DNA of 64,000 nucleotides, from assembly GCA_963769425.1 (NCBI GenBank), contig CAVYLP010000003.1, positions 192,001 through 256,000 on the forward strand, given 5' to 3'. Within the stretch, counting starts at the first letter, position 1. Each line of letters starts with the position of its first letter. This document shows positions 21,293-33,133 of the stretch, piece by piece. Source of the DNA: Candidatus Bathyarchaeota archaeon. Lineage in GTDB: Archaea > Thermoproteota > Bathyarchaeia > TCS64. The translations under genes and the position numbers were made by a program. The notes below the pieces were generated by a model. It ran no database searches. It was not told the DNA's origin and worked only from the letters and a program-made list of their open reading frames with translations.

Positions 21293-21865
21293 ATGAGTGA
21301 AGACACTCTTGCGAGAATGAGGGACGAGGTCCGACACTCGACTCCACCGTATGGCACACACGGTTACGAACACGTGGACAGGGTCTACAACACATGTCTT
21401 CACATTGGCAAGATCGAGGGAGTCGACATGAAGATACTCCTGCCCGCTGCACTCCTTCACGACGTGGCGAGGGAGGAGCAGAACCACGCCGAAGCCGGGG
21501 CGGAGAAGGCCAAGTCCATACTCAAGAGGTATGGTTATACATCCGACGAGATCGAGAAAATCGCCAACGCCATCTCGACCCACAGCTTCTCCGGAAAAAA
21601 GCCCCCCGTAACTCTCGAGGGAAAGATTCTCTCCGACGCCGACAAGCTCGACGCTCTGGGAGCCCTTGGAGTCTACAGGACGGCGGTCTACAGCGGCGAA
21701 CACGCGAGGCCCATCGAGGATTTCATGGCGCACTTCCACGATAAGCTGCTCAGGCTCGAGGGGCTCATGTTCACGGCTGAGGCGAGGCGGATGGCGAAGG
21801 ACAGGACGGAATACCTGAGAGAGTTCGTCAATCGATTGGGACGTGAGCTTAAACAGGAGTTCTAG
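21293..21865 (+). CDS. HD-domain phosphohydrolase
   Basis: H...HVDRV, ALLHDV, NHA, THS and DADKLDALG. Confidence 0.88.
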   Translation: MSEDTLARMRDEVRHSTPPYGTHGYEHVDRVYNTCLHIGKIEGVDMKILLPAALLHDVAREEQNHAEAGAEKAKSILKRYGYTSDEIEKIANAISTHSFSGKKPPVTLEGKILSDADKLDALGALGVYRTAVYSGEHARPIEDFMAHFHDKLLRLEGLMFTAEARRMAKDRTEYLREFVNRLGRELKQEF

Positions 21866-21976
21866 TAGCCATTCGGCCCTAATCGGCATTTTAACGACAT
21901 GTTTTAGGGTTAAATAGGTCAGGGTAAATGGGTTAAAAGTATACCGTTAATGACTAGAAATTAGGCTTCTAAGTGC

Positions 21977-22267
21977 TTACGGTGAGTCGTCGTCGTCCTC
22001 GCCCTTACCGGCTTTGCCCTTCGGGTTCGGCGGGTTGGCGGGGTCTATGCAGATGTAGACGATGTTGTTGCCGCGCACGAAGACGTCACCATAGTTGGCG
22101 ACTAGGCCGTTCTGATCATACTCCTTGGCGCCCTTGAGCATGATGTTCATGTATCCGTCTACGCGGGTCATCTTCCCCCAGTACTCCCCGTGGCCCTTGA
22201 GGTTGATTGTGACGTTGCTCCCGACGCTCTTGATGAGTACGTTAAGCGGCTTCTTGCTCGGCTCCAT
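21977..22267 (-). CDS. Sm/Lsm-like RNA-binding protein
   Basis: Sm1 (YWGKMTRVDGYMNIML) and Sm2 (VFVRGNNI) motifs. Confidence 0.9.
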   Translation of the reverse strand: MEPSKKPLNVLIKSVGSNVTINLKGHGEYWGKMTRVDGYMNIMLKGAKEYDQNGLVANYGDVFVRGNNIVYICIDPANPPNPKGKAGKGEDDDDSP

Positions 22268-22372
22268 TCGTTCTACACCCTTGGAGATTCATAGATAGAC
22301 CAAGGGGGAGATTATAAAAACCTTCTGAACAAACCAAAACGTGCGGGTTTTTCGTGTCAGCCCCGCTTCCGG

Positions 22373-22912
22373 CTACGCCTTGGCACACGCTATCCAGTCG
22401 TTCGTGCCCTCGTCCCCGACGATTTCAACGCTACTGAATCCTTTCCCCTCCAGCAGCCCGACGAGGTACTCCCTATTGAACGCCGCCTTCAACGCGGTAA
22501 TAAATAGAATAGCCTGAGCCCTCGACACTCTCTTCATCTCCGAAATGGCCAGCCCCTTATCAGGCAGGTTTTGTATGAGCGTCACCGCGTAGACGCCGTT
22601 GAAAACCTCTGCACGAAACGGTAGATGCTCGGAGTCGCCTTGCACTAGATGGTGGTTAGGCTTCAGCCTCTCCTTAGCGACTATGAGGAGATTACCTGAG
22701 ATGTCGAGTCCCACACTGGGGGAGTCTACATGTCTGAGGAACATACCTGTGCCGCACCCGTTATCGAGGAGCAGATCGTCTCCCCTCGGGCGGGTTAGCT
22801 GCAAGGCGACGTCGTACTTCCTCAACTGCTCCTCCTCGTACCTGAGGTCGTAGAGCCCCCCGCCCAGGTCGTCATAGTTCTCACGCACTTCGCGCTTGTC
22901 GAGGGGCTTCAT
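22373..22912 (-). CDS. Class I SAM-dependent methyltransferase
   Basis: LLDNGCGTG motif I, GLDIS and GDSEHLPF. Confidence 0.85.
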   Translation of the reverse strand: MKPLDKREVRENYDDLGGGLYDLRYEEEQLRKYDVALQLTRPRGDDLLLDNGCGTGMFLRHVDSPSVGLDISGNLLIVAKERLKPNHHLVQGDSEHLPFRAEVFNGVYAVTLIQNLPDKGLAISEMKRVSRAQAILFITALKAAFNREYLVGLLEGKGFSSVEIVGDEGTNDWIACAKA

Positions 22913-23332
22913 CGACTAGAGGGGGGACCAGCGACGTTATTCGCTTTTCTCCCCTTGGAAATCTAGTTGGACATAAAACCTATCCGACTGTGAGGCATGA
23001 ACAACCTTTAACACCTGATTTATGGATATGAACAATATCCGATTTCGGGAAAAGAGGCCTGGAAACAGCCCCGATGAGGATCGAGGACCCACCTCAATGT
23101 TTTACGCCTTAAAAGAATGAAGTATCAACATTATGGACACGGTTCACGGCCCCGCCATTACAATAAAAAAAGTTATTATAATGTTAAAATTCGCCGCTGA
23201 TGAAATGGGAAAACGCGCTGATTCAAAAAAGCGGGTTAAACACCATAAACGCGAGGTTATTGTTATCAACTCCATCGCACACGCGAAAACACCTCCCAAT
23301 CTATATATCCGCCAAACAAACCCTAACACCCC

Positions 23333-25021
23333 ATGACCGCAGACGTGCGACACAGGAGCTCGAAAGTCTACGACGGAGACGACCGCCTCAGTCAGAGAAG
23401 CCTCATGAAGGGAGTGGGGCTAACAGACGAAGACCTACGTAAGCCACTCGTCGCCATCGCTAACTCGTGGAATGAGATAAACCCAGGACACATTCACCTG
23501 AACGAGCTCGCCAAATTCGTCAAACACGGTGTGGCTCAGGCCGGTGGAACCCCCCTCGAATTTGATACCATCGCCGTCTGCGACGGAATCGTCATGGGAC
23601 ACGACGGGATGAAGATGAGCCTCCCAAGCAGGGAGATAGTTGCCGATAGCATAGAGATCATGGTTGAAGCACATGGTTTCGACGCCATGGTCTGCATGAC
23701 CACGTGCGACAAGATCGACCCCGGCATGCTCATGGCCGCCGCGCGACTCGACATCCCCACAATCTTTGTCCTCGGAGGACCCATGGAAGCGGGGTGCCCC
23801 GCCTGGGGAAAATACAAGGGCACCAAAATCACCGTCCAAGAGATGTTCGAGGTAACCGCCCTAGTCAAATCCGGTAAGATGAGCCAAGAAGAGGCAAAAT
23901 ACCTCGAAAACATCTGCTGCGGGAGCGCAGGCGCGTGTAGTGGAATGTTCACCGCCAACACAATGCAATGTCTCACCGAAGCCATAGGGATGACGCTCCC
24001 CGGAATGGCGACAGCGGAGAGCATGGGAAGCGAAAGGCAGAGACTAGCCACGGAAGCAGGCGCCAAAGTCATGGAGCTCCTCCAAAAGGGAATCACCCCG
24101 AGTAAAATCATGACCGAGAAAGCATTCAGAAACGCGATCACTGTCGATATGGCTCTAGGAGGCTCGACTAACACAGTCCTCCACCTCAAAGCGATCGCCA
24201 GCGAACTCGGCTACGATCTACCCCTAACACTATTCGACGAGATCAGCAAAAAGACCCCACACCTCTGCAACATGTCCCCCGCAGGACCCTACAAGATCCA
24301 GGACCTACATCGCGCGGGAGGAATCCACGGCGTAATGTCTAGGATACAGAAGAAACTCGACCTCACCGTCATGACCGCCACTGGAAAAACTCTAAAGGAG
24401 AACCTAAAGGGTGCCGCGATCACTGATGAGGAGGTTATCCGACCCCTCGACAACCCAGTGCACGTGCAGGGCGGGATAGCCATCTTAAAAGGCAACCTCG
24501 CACCAAACTGCGCGGTAGCCAAGATGGCCGCTATAAGTCCGAAGATGTGGACCTTCACGGGAACCGCCCGAGTCTTCGACCAGGAGGAACCCGCCGTCAA
24601 AGCCATCTACAACGACGAGATCAAGCCCGGCGACGTTCTCGTCATCCGCTACGAGGGACCAAAGGGTGGACCGGGTATGCGTGAGATGCTCGTCGGAACT
24701 AGCGCCATAGTGGGCAAGGGGCTGGGCGAGCAGGTCGCCTTAATCACCGACGGCAGGTTCTCGGGCGCGTCGAGGGGACCATGCATCGGCCACATCTCCC
24801 CCGAAGCAGCAGCCGGCGGACCAATAGCTCTCATCGAGGACGGGGACAAGATAATCATCGACATCCCCAACAGGAAACTCGAACTAGGCGTCTCCGAGAA
24901 GGAGCTCGCCAAACGGAAGGCGAAGTGGACTCCACCGAAATCAAAGGTGAAGAAGGGCTATCTCGTCAGATACGCCTCACTTGTAACCTCCGCCGACAAC
25001 GGTGCGATACTAAAAGTATAG
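23333..25021 (+). CDS. ilvD: Dihydroxy-acid dehydratase
   Basis: [34 protein letters not shown] and TDGRFSG. Confidence 0.95.
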   Translation: MTADVRHRSSKVYDGDDRLSQRSLMKGVGLTDEDLRKPLVAIANSWNEINPGHIHLNELAKFVKHGVAQAGGTPLEFDTIAVCDGIVMGHDGMKMSLPSREIVADSIEIMVEAHGFDAMVCMTTCDKIDPGMLMAAARLDIPTIFVLGGPMEAGCPAWGKYKGTKITVQEMFEVTALVKSGKMSQEEAKYLENICCGSAGACSGMFTANTMQCLTEAIGMTLPGMATAESMGSERQRLATEAGAKVMELLQKGITPSKIMTEKAFRNAITVDMALGGSTNTVLHLKAIASELGYDLPLTLFDEISKKTPHLCNMSPAGPYKIQDLHRAGGIHGVMSRIQKKLDLTVMTATGKTLKENLKGAAITDEEVIRPLDNPVHVQGGIAILKGNLAPNCAVAKMAAISPKMWTFTGTARVFDQEEPAVKAIYNDEIKPGDVLVIRYEGPKGGPGMREMLVGTSAIVGKGLGEQVALITDGRFSGASRGPCIGHISPEAAAGGPIALIEDGDKIIIDIPNRKLELGVSEKELAKRKAKWTPPKSKVKKGYLVRYASLVTSADNGAILKV

Positions 25022-25025
25022 AGGG

Positions 25026-26543
25026 TTAAACACCCTCTTTCTCTATCTTCTTCGTCAACGCTGCCACGTCGTACAGCGGTGTGTTGACCTTCGGGTCGAT
25101 CGGCCGAGCGAATTTCTTCTCAGTCGCGGCCCTATGTAGAGTGTTCATGGTGCAGAACGGGATGATCTTCCCATCCGGGGTAGCGTAGTGGACGGCGCAT
25201 CTCTGAACCCTCTCTATGTCGAAGTTGTATGGGTCCATGAAGTGCATGGTGCCGATCATGAGCATGTTGTGGTGGAGCTTGCTGAGACTCTGATAGCTCC
25301 CATCCGTGAGGACTGGGAGAAGGAACTTGCGGAAGGTACCTAGCTTCACGTTCTTCATTACTCCGCTAACAGCCGAAGCGGTAGCTCTCGCCTTGCTCCC
25401 TGATTCATATTTTTCGTTTGAATCATTAACGGATTTTAAAAGTCCCTCGACATTGAGATAGTGGGTGATCGGCTCAACTTTATTTCCCTCCATAACGAGG
25501 TAGGTGGCCATACCACAGTGAGGGTGAGTGCTGAAATCGATGTACTCCCTCTCCTTAATGTGACCCACGAACCTAGTAAACGGTACCGCTGTCGGAATCG
25601 GGAACCAATCGCTCTCCTTAATTAAGCCATCCGTCTGTTCGTTTGCGAGTCTCATCAAGTCGGGGATGGTTATACGCATCTGCTCCCTTTCCTTCGTGTT
25701 GATTCGCCCCGTGATTGCGACGGGCTGGAAGTTCACGCATCGGACGACGTCGCGGTTCTCTATAGCAAACCTTATGATGTCCCCGACCTGGTCGGTGTTG
25801 ACTCCACCAACCAGCACAGGGACGAGGACGACGCTGTGGAAACCTGCCTCCTTGAGGTTGCTTAGAGCCCTCTTCTTGATCGCGACCAAGTCGAAGCCCC
25901 TCGCCACCTTATAGGGCTCTGGCGTAACACCGTCGAACTGAAGATATACCGTGCTAGCTCCTGCATCCTTCAAGGTCTTACAGTACTCGACACTCTCCGC
26001 CATCTTGATGCCGTTCGAGTTGATCTCCACATGGTGGAAGCCCATGTCCTTGGCCATTTTAATCAGCTCTGGGAGATCCTCTCGGACAGTTGGCTCGCCT
26101 CCACTGAACTGCAGTCCCGGCGGGGAGATCGGTCTATTCGACCTGAGGTTCTCCATGATGCCCCGTATCTCCTCTTTCGTGGGCTCATAGAGGTAGCCTG
26201 CAGCTCCCGCGTGGGCGAAGCATATCGGGCAACGCAGGTTGCACCTGTTTGTGATGTCGATTATTGCCAGCACGGTGTGTGACTTGTGCTCAGGGCAGAT
26301 ACCGCAGTCGTAGGGGCAACCCTTCTCTGTTTTTGTCCGGGGGTTGTCAAGCTTCTTTCCATCTGCCGCGAACTCTGCCGCCCTGAGGTATTGATTATAG
26401 TCCCCCCAATAAAGATCGGACCACTCCCCGTGCTCGGGGCACGTCTTCCGAATGTAGACCTTACCACCCTCCTCATAGATCTCGGCGGGTAGGACCTTCA
26501 TACACTCGGGGCAGAGACTCTCGGTGTCTTTTATCTTATTCAT
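25026..26543 (-). CDS. tes: Tetraether lipid synthase (Tes/GDGT-MAS, MJ0619-family radical SAM)
   Basis: N-terminal CPEC...CPEHG, CPYDCGICPEH, radical SAM CNLRCPIC, HPHCG, C-terminal RC...IIPFC. Confidence 0.85.
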   Translation of the reverse strand: MNKIKDTESLCPECMKVLPAEIYEEGGKVYIRKTCPEHGEWSDLYWGDYNQYLRAAEFAADGKKLDNPRTKTEKGCPYDCGICPEHKSHTVLAIIDITNRCNLRCPICFAHAGAAGYLYEPTKEEIRGIMENLRSNRPISPPGLQFSGGEPTVREDLPELIKMAKDMGFHHVEINSNGIKMAESVEYCKTLKDAGASTVYLQFDGVTPEPYKVARGFDLVAIKKRALSNLKEAGFHSVVLVPVLVGGVNTDQVGDIIRFAIENRDVVRCVNFQPVAITGRINTKEREQMRITIPDLMRLANEQTDGLIKESDWFPIPTAVPFTRFVGHIKEREYIDFSTHPHCGMATYLVMEGNKVEPITHYLNVEGLLKSVNDSNEKYESGSKARATASAVSGVMKNVKLGTFRKFLLPVLTDGSYQSLSKLHHNMLMIGTMHFMDPYNFDIERVQRCAVHYATPDGKIIPFCTMNTLHRAATEKKFARPIDPKVNTPLYDVAALTKKIEKEGV

Positions 26544-26681
26544 AAATTATGCCCACTTGACCTGTTAATTATGAAAATCGACACTTCGTTTAAGAAGGTA
26601 TTCGTATTATTCACCTTCTAGGTAGTAGTTATTCCCACCGATAGAGGTAAATAAATCCCCGATTCTCTGTCTTCGATCGGC

Positions 26682-27458
26682 ATGTCGAGGACACCAGTTA
26701 GCGTGAAGGCAGAGAGGGCACTGAGAGATATCGGCCTAACCGAGTACGAGACCATGGCGTACCTCTCTCTCGTGAAAGCCGGCGAATTCACCGCCAACGA
26801 CGTGAGCTCCTCAACAACCATTCCCTACTCCAAGGTCTACACGGTACTGGATACACTCGAGAAGAAGGGCTGGGTAGAGGTGAGGGGGGGTCGCCCCAGG
26901 ATGTATTACCCAAGATCGCCGGTCGAGGCTATGAGATCCGAGAAGACGAGGCAGGAGGATAGGTTCGAGAAGAATAGGGAGATGGTCGTATCGGAGCTCC
27001 AGGCCGTCTACGAGCACAGGGAGATCAAGGAGAAGCCAGAGATCTGGATAATACGGGGCGAAGACAACGTCATCTCGAGGATCAGGGAGACCATCACCGG
27101 TGCGAAGAAGGAGCTCATGGTGGCTCTCCCAGTGCTCCCGATGCCATTAGTTATGAAGGTGATCCCGACATTCCAGGCACAGATGGACCGAAAGCTACAG
27201 GTCCAGCTACTGACTACAAGGGAAGCCGAGAAAGCCCTCCCCGACATGCTCGTACACCTGACCGAGGTTAGGACACGAGATGACATGTTCGGGGGAGGGA
27301 TCGTAGCCGATGGACACGAGACCCTGCTCTTCTTAAACCAAGGGATTGAACGAGAGGAGAGCCTGGCGATCTGGTCGGACCACGTTGGGCTCAACATGAT
27401 ATCCAGAGGCTACTTCAAGCACCTCTGGGAGACATCTAGCCCCGTGCAAAGAGACTAG
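26682..27458 (+). CDS. TrmB-family transcriptional regulator
   Basis: GLTEYE...YLSL and KVYTVLDTLEKKGWV wHTH plus PLD-like effector domain. Confidence 0.88.
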   Translation: MSRTPVSVKAERALRDIGLTEYETMAYLSLVKAGEFTANDVSSSTTIPYSKVYTVLDTLEKKGWVEVRGGRPRMYYPRSPVEAMRSEKTRQEDRFEKNREMVVSELQAVYEHREIKEKPEIWIIRGEDNVISRIRETITGAKKELMVALPVLPMPLVMKVIPTFQAQMDRKLQVQLLTTREAEKALPDMLVHLTEVRTRDDMFGGGIVADGHETLLFLNQGIEREESLAIWSDHVGLNMISRGYFKHLWETSSPVQRD

Positions 27459-28712
27459 AAAAGGGCATCTACTTTTTTCACGGTCGACTCGGATAACCCT
27501 AGAGTCGTGAGCCCTAAATGATCTGATAGCAAAGATGTCATCCGCCAGCTCCTTCATCGAATCCAATTCCACAGAGTTGATGCCGTCGATTGCCTCCTCC
27601 AAGGTCTTAGGCTTCTCCTGCCTGAGAGTTGATACACCCAACTGCATCATCCTGCTCTCTGAGCTTTCCGAGCGAAGTACGAATAGACCAGTAGTCTTGT
27701 GCTTGATCTTCTGCAGGGTTCTCTCTGATATGTTCCCTTTAAGGGCCTTGAGCTCCCTAAGCTCAATCCTCAGAATCTTCTCCACATACTGATCTTGGGT
27801 ACCGGCGAGTATGGCGAATATCCCGGCATCATTCATGGAGAAGCCTGTGCTGAAAATGGAGTAGACTAGGCCATACTTTTCCCTTATTTCCTGGAAAAGT
27901 TTCGAGCTTGCCCCTACCCCGAGATAGGATGAGATCAAGTTTAGGGCGTCCCGTTGAGGGTCGGCATAAGCTAAACCCTTAGATGTCAGGGCGATCTGCA
28001 CCTGACTCGTTTTACGTTGTACGTGCCGTTTAACAGGTCTGAATGAGGGCTTCTCGCGAGTCTCTACGCCATTGTACCGTTTGCTGAGGGTGAGGTTTTT
28101 CTCAATAATCGCAACAAGTTCCTCATGTTTCAAAGCGCCTGCACCCGTAACTATCATTCTGTCGGGCAGGTAATGCCTCTCGAAATAGGTACGAATCGAG
28201 TCGCTTGTTAGACCGCTTAGAGGAGTCTTCTCCCCAAGTATTGGGTGTGCTGCCTCGTTTTCACCCCAGGCTGACTCGAAGTAGAGATCGTGTATGAGGT
28301 CACCGGGATCATCGTCTCTACTGTCGATCTCGGAGAGGACAACAGTCCGTTCTTTCTCGACATCTTCCTGTCTCAGTAAGGGATTCTGAACTATATCGGA
28401 TAGGACCTCCAATGCGAGTTTGAGGTCCTTCCCCAGCACCTTTGCGTGGAAGCAAGTCATATCCCTGTCGGTGAATGCGTTGAGGTAGCCACCCCGCTCC
28501 TCTATCGCCTTCGATATCTCCTTGGCACTCCTTTTTGAAGTACCCTTGAAGAGCAGGTGCTCTAGGAAGTGTGTGCACCCGTGATACTCTTCACGCTCAT
28601 CCCGAGAGCCTACATTTACCCAAATTCCAACCGATGCCGAGCTGGATTCCTTGATTTCCTCCGTAACTATCTTTAGTCCATTTGATAGGTGTGACTCAGC
28701 AACTTCCCTCAT
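27455..28712 (-). CDS. M16 family zinc peptidase, frameshift near 27527
   Basis: HFLEHLLFKGT (HxxEH), NAFT, LFQEIRE; removing one base gives a C-terminus ...DHLGLTTLG...DALF* ending at 27455. Confidence 0.85.
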
Positions 28713-28949
28713 AGATGCATCGCGTTGTCAGTAAGACTCCACTTCATATATTCTTAACCATGAAAATTATTCATGGATTGTTTTCTTGTCTCAGTCTTTT
28801 TCGGTGCTTTTTAATTGACCACTCGGTTCATACTTTGGATGTTAAAAAGGCCATTCAATTAATCGTTTTTTTACTCAGATCTATCAATTCACAGGGGGAT
28901 TCGTGTATGCCTTATGAATAATATACATTCAACAATTGGGACACGAACC

Positions 28950-29672
28950 CTAGCTATCACTCGTTTTCTCCTTCGAAACTATTGCTTCCGCCATCTTCTT
29001 CCCATCGTCGGTAAGTTTGAAGGAAAGGTCCTGTTCGAGGAACCAGCCCATCAACTTGAAGACCCTCGACCTAAACGATGGCGGCTTAACGGTTATCTCG
29101 AAGAGTGGCTTGTCCGAGTGCGCAGCATCAGGCCAGGAATAGACCGCCAGCTTCTCCCGATCAATAGTCAACTCCCGTCTCACATCCTTGTAACCAAGTT
29201 GACCGCCCTTCTCGTAGAGAGTGATCAACAGCTTTGATGTCAAGTATAGATCCTCGATCTCGTGAATTGTACTAGGCGTGAGGTCAGCGAGCGAGGGTAA
29301 AGACAAGTCCTTTTCCGCCATTAAGCTAGGGAGTCTTCCCCCCACTATTAACCCTGTTTCAGTCAGTTTCCAGAGATCGAAAGTATATCTATCCTCGTAG
29401 TCTGATGCTATGGGTTTCCCCCTCTCATTCATCTTCGATATAAGCCCCGCTTCTTGAAGGGAGACTAGCCACCCATTAATCTCCTTCTTGTTTATGAATA
29501 GACCCTCGTCCTCTAGCTTCGTTTCGATGTCATGAGTCGTTATATGAGTGTATTCCTTGTTCTGGTAGAAAAATTCGTAGATTCGACGAGCGTTTCGACT
29601 ATGTAGTGGTTTCAGGACTCCCTCAAATAAGTTGTCTAGTGTATCCTGCGACGCTCCTTTCGTCTCATCCAA
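28950..29672 (-). CDS. Hypothetical protein, probable winged-helix DNA-binding
   Basis: 240-aa ORF with two wHTH-like endings (WKLTETG and FKLTDDG). Confidence 0.6.
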   Translation of the reverse strand: MDETKGASQDTLDNLFEGVLKPLHSRNARRIYEFFYQNKEYTHITTHDIETKLEDEGLFINKKEINGWLVSLQEAGLISKMNERGKPIASDYEDRYTFDLWKLTETGLIVGGRLPSLMAEKDLSLPSLADLTPSTIHEIEDLYLTSKLLITLYEKGGQLGYKDVRRELTIDREKLAVYSWPDAAHSDKPLFEITVKPPSFRSRVFKLMGWFLEQDLSFKLTDDGKKMAEAIVSKEKTSDS

Positions 29673-29783
29673 ATTGCATCAAGACCCTTAGAACAATATT
29701 CAGAAAAAAAAAGAATATTAAACTTGCTATTGATCTGCTGAAAAACGATAAAAAGAAAGAGGCTGTTCTTTAGAGGAATTGCT

Positions 29784-30773
29784 TTGACAGAGTCCAAGGT
29801 CTACGTTACAAGACAACTCTTCAAACCTGCAATAGACTTTTTAAAGAAGAGTAGTTCGGTCGAGGTATTCGAAGGAGACGACGACCCTGTACCAAGAGAA
29901 GTATTGCTAAGAAAAATAGGCGACATCGATGACCTTCTATGCCTAATAACTGAAAGGATTGACCAAGAGATATTTGACATAGGTAAGAAGCTTAAAGTCG
30001 TCAGCAACTACGCCGTTGGTTTCAACAACATCGACGTGAATGAGGCATCGAAACGAGGTATCTACGTCACAAACACCCCCGGGATACTCACTGAGACCAC
30101 GGCGGACTGCGCTTTTGCTCTCATGATGGCGGTATCACGAAGAATCGTCGAAGGCGACAAGAACATACGCGCCAAGAAATGGGTTCACACCTGGGGTCCG
30201 AGGATGTTCATTGGGTCAGACATCCACGGGAAGACGCTCGGTATAGTAGGGCTGGGTCGAATAGGCGTGGCCATGACGAAAAGGGCCAAAGGCTTCGACA
30301 TGAAGGTAATGTACTACGATCCAATCCGCCGAATAGACTTGGAAAAAGAGTACGGCATCACATATGCACCGTTGAATGATCTACTTACACAGGCAGACTT
30401 CGTATCGATCCACGTACCCCTAACCAACGAGACCGTACATCTCATCGGTAAGCAACAATTCAATATTATGAAAAAGACCGCTTACCTCATCAACACATCA
30501 AGGGGACCGGTAGTCGACGAAAAGGCCCTCTACGAGGCGTTAAAGGCGAAGAAGATCGCCGGTGCGGGATTAGACGTATTTGAGAAGGAACCAATAGATC
30601 CAATGAACCCACTCATCGATCTCGATAACATAATCATGACGCCCCATATCGCAAGCGCGAGTATTGACACACGCATGGCCATGGCAATGATGGCCGCCAC
30701 GAATGTTGTCGCGGTCCTTGAGGGAAGAGAACCACCAAACGCAGTCAACCCGGAAATAAAGAAAAAACATTGA
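29784..30773 (+). CDS. gyaR: Glyoxylate reductase
   Basis: NYAVGFNNID, TNTPGILTETTAD, GLGRIG, NTSRG and TPHIASA. Confidence 0.88.
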   Translation: MTESKVYVTRQLFKPAIDFLKKSSSVEVFEGDDDPVPREVLLRKIGDIDDLLCLITERIDQEIFDIGKKLKVVSNYAVGFNNIDVNEASKRGIYVTNTPGILTETTADCAFALMMAVSRRIVEGDKNIRAKKWVHTWGPRMFIGSDIHGKTLGIVGLGRIGVAMTKRAKGFDMKVMYYDPIRRIDLEKEYGITYAPLNDLLTQADFVSIHVPLTNETVHLIGKQQFNIMKKTAYLINTSRGPVVDEKALYEALKAKKIAGAGLDVFEKEPIDPMNPLIDLDNIIMTPHIASASIDTRMAMAMMAATNVVAVLEGREPPNAVNPEIKKKH

Positions 30774-30829
30774 AAACGAAAATATTGTCCAATTATAACG
30801 AGACATAAAACAGCATTTATCGTATTATT

Positions 30830-31793
30830 TTATAATTCTCCCTTTTGGTGGCGCTCACTCAACACCTCAAACATATCCTTGACCATAGCCTGAAGATTAA
30901 AGGTCGGTCTCCAGCCCCACTCCGCACGGGCAGCAGAATCGTCGAGGCTCATCGGCCAAGAATCCGCAATCGCCTGTCTATAGTCAGGCTTGTACTCGAC
31001 TACAAGATCAGGCATATGCTGCCTTGATTTCGGCTACCAACTGAGTAGGTGAGAAGCTTAAGGCGCCCAGGTTAAAATCGGTGTGATGTTTTAAACGAGA
31101 TAAATCTGCCTCAAGAAGCTCAACAATGCCTTTTAGACAATCAGGCATGTACATCATCGGCAGAATCGAATCAGGCTTCAGGAAGCACGTATATCTCCTG
31201 TTCTTAATAGCCTCGTAGAATATCTCAACGGCGTAGTCCGTCGTGCCACCCCCAGGCGGTGAGACATTACTTATTATCCCGGGGAACCTGACGCCACGAA
31301 CATCGACGCCCCACTTTTGATAATAATAATTCCCCAGAAGCTCACCCGTAACCTTGGTTATCCCATAGATGGTTCTCGGCTTCGTGACCGTCTCCTGCGG
31401 GGTATTCTCCCGAGGGGTCTCAGGGCCGAAGACCGCTATCGAGCTCGGGTTAAATACCCTCATCAGTTTTCGATTCCTCGCCACCTCGAGGACATTATAC
31501 AGTCCATTGATGTTCACGTGCCATGCGACGTTAGGCCTCTGTTCACCCGAAGCCGATAGGAGAGCAGCCAAATGAACTATCGAGTCTATCGCATGCTCTA
31601 CAACAATCTCATCGAGTTTCTTCGCGTCGGTAACGTCAAGTAGCTCGAAGGGTCCGTCATCTTTCATCGGGTTTCGTAGATCGGACGCGATCACATTCTC
31701 CTTCCCGTAGATCTCTCTAAGCCTAGGTGTCAACTCCGAGCCAATCTGACCGGAGGCACCAGTCACGAGAATCCTACGAATATCGCCGCCCAT
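30830..31793 (-). CDS. tdh: SDR-type L-threonine 3-dehydrogenase, frameshift near 31022
   Basis: GASGQIG, PSSIAVFG, YGITK, PGGGTTDY; C-terminus RQAIADSWP in the next frame; divergent from kbl. Confidence 0.85.
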
Positions 31794-31894
31794 CAGAAAA
31801 CCCTCAATGATCATCCTCAACTAAATCTAGATAACATCTTCTATCTACCAGAAAACGTAAAAGAACAGGAGCACAGAGTCAAATTAGAGGTTCT

Positions 31895-33091
31895 ATGAGA
31901 GATCCAATCAGGTTCCTATCCGTTGAGTACCAGGAGTTAGTCGATAAGGCCTTGGACTGGAGGCTGAAGACGATTCAAGGCCCCAGCGAACCTGTCGCAA
32001 TGATCGATGGTAGGGAGGTGCTGATACTCTGTAGCAACAACTACCTCGGGTTAACGACCCACCCGAAACTCAAGGAGGCCGCCATCCAAGCGACCCTCAA
32101 ATACGGCGTCGGCTCGGGGGCTGTGAGGGCGATCTCGGGTACCATGGATCTGCATATGGAACTCGAAAGAAGGCTCGCCAAGTTCAAGAGATCAGAAGCA
32201 TCGCTCACCTACCCGACCGGGTTCCAAGCAAACTCAGGGCTTATCCCCCAGCTCGTTGGCGAGCAAGACCTGATCATCAGCGACGAACTCAACCACGGCA
32301 GCATTATCGATGGAGTCCGCCTTTCGAGAGGGGAAAGAACAGTCTACAAACACAACGACATGAATGACTTAGCCAGAGTCCTAAGCGACGCCGAAAAGCA
32401 CGTCCCCCCGTACAGGCGGATCCTAATCATCACCGACGGCGTCTTCAGCATGGACGGAGATATAGCACAACTTGATCAAGTCGCTAAACTAGGCGCTGAA
32501 CACGGTGCCATGGTGTACGTCGACGACGCCCACGGCGAGGGTGTCCTAGGAGAAGGAGGCAGGGGAATCCTGAGCCACTTCCACCTCGACCATAAGAAAG
32601 TACACGTCGAGATGGGGACCTTCAGCAAGGCCTACGGAACTGTGGGAGGTCACATTTCCGGCTCAGAAGACCTTGTAAAGTTCGCGTGGAACAAGAGCCG
32701 AACATGGCTACTAAGCTCATCCCAACCTCCTCCAGTAGTGGCATCAACAATAGCCGCGATAGATGTCCTCGAGAAGGAGACGGAGCATGTTAAGAACCTG
32801 TGGGAGAACACACGATACTTTAAAAAAGCCGTAGAGGATCTCGGCTTCAACACTGGTATGTCGCAAACACCGATCATTCCGATTATTGTCGGTGAAAGTC
32901 ACGTGGCAAAGACGCTAGCGGATAAACTGTATGAGAGGAGCATCTTCGTGGTCCCCATAGTCTTCCCCATGGTATCGCGAGATAAAGCAAGGATCAGGGT
33001 CCAGATGAGCGCCAAGCTAAATAAAGGACAACTGGACGATGTGATATCAAAGCTCGAGACTATAGGACGAGAAATTAAGATAATCGGATAA
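31895..33091 (+). CDS. kbl: Glycine C-acetyltransferase (2-amino-3-ketobutyrate CoA ligase)
   Basis: CSNNYLGL, NHGSIIDG, DGVFSMDGD, DDAHG, GTFSKA; paired with tdh. Confidence 0.88.
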   Translation: MRDPIRFLSVEYQELVDKALDWRLKTIQGPSEPVAMIDGREVLILCSNNYLGLTTHPKLKEAAIQATLKYGVGSGAVRAISGTMDLHMELERRLAKFKRSEASLTYPTGFQANSGLIPQLVGEQDLIISDELNHGSIIDGVRLSRGERTVYKHNDMNDLARVLSDAEKHVPPYRRILIITDGVFSMDGDIAQLDQVAKLGAEHGAMVYVDDAHGEGVLGEGGRGILSHFHLDHKKVHVEMGTFSKAYGTVGGHISGSEDLVKFAWNKSRTWLLSSSQPPPVVASTIAAIDVLEKETEHVKNLWENTRYFKKAVEDLGFNTGMSQTPIIPIIVGESHVAKTLADKLYERSIFVVPIVFPMVSRDKARIRVQMSAKLNKGQLDDVISKLETIGREIKIIG

Positions 33092-33133
33092 ACTTCATCT
33101 TTTGTCTCAGATATTATAGACGTAAATTAATAT

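Noticed and set aside
22966-22976. Shared AGTTGGACAT motif (also near 53968, and a reverse variant near 30785) as a regulon operator
   Set aside because: Only a short half-site in a few places, compatible with chance.
27333-27454. Long convergent overlap of the M16 peptidase with trmB
   Set aside because: Artefact of the frameshift near 27527; the corrected gene ends in a 4-bp CTAG overlap.
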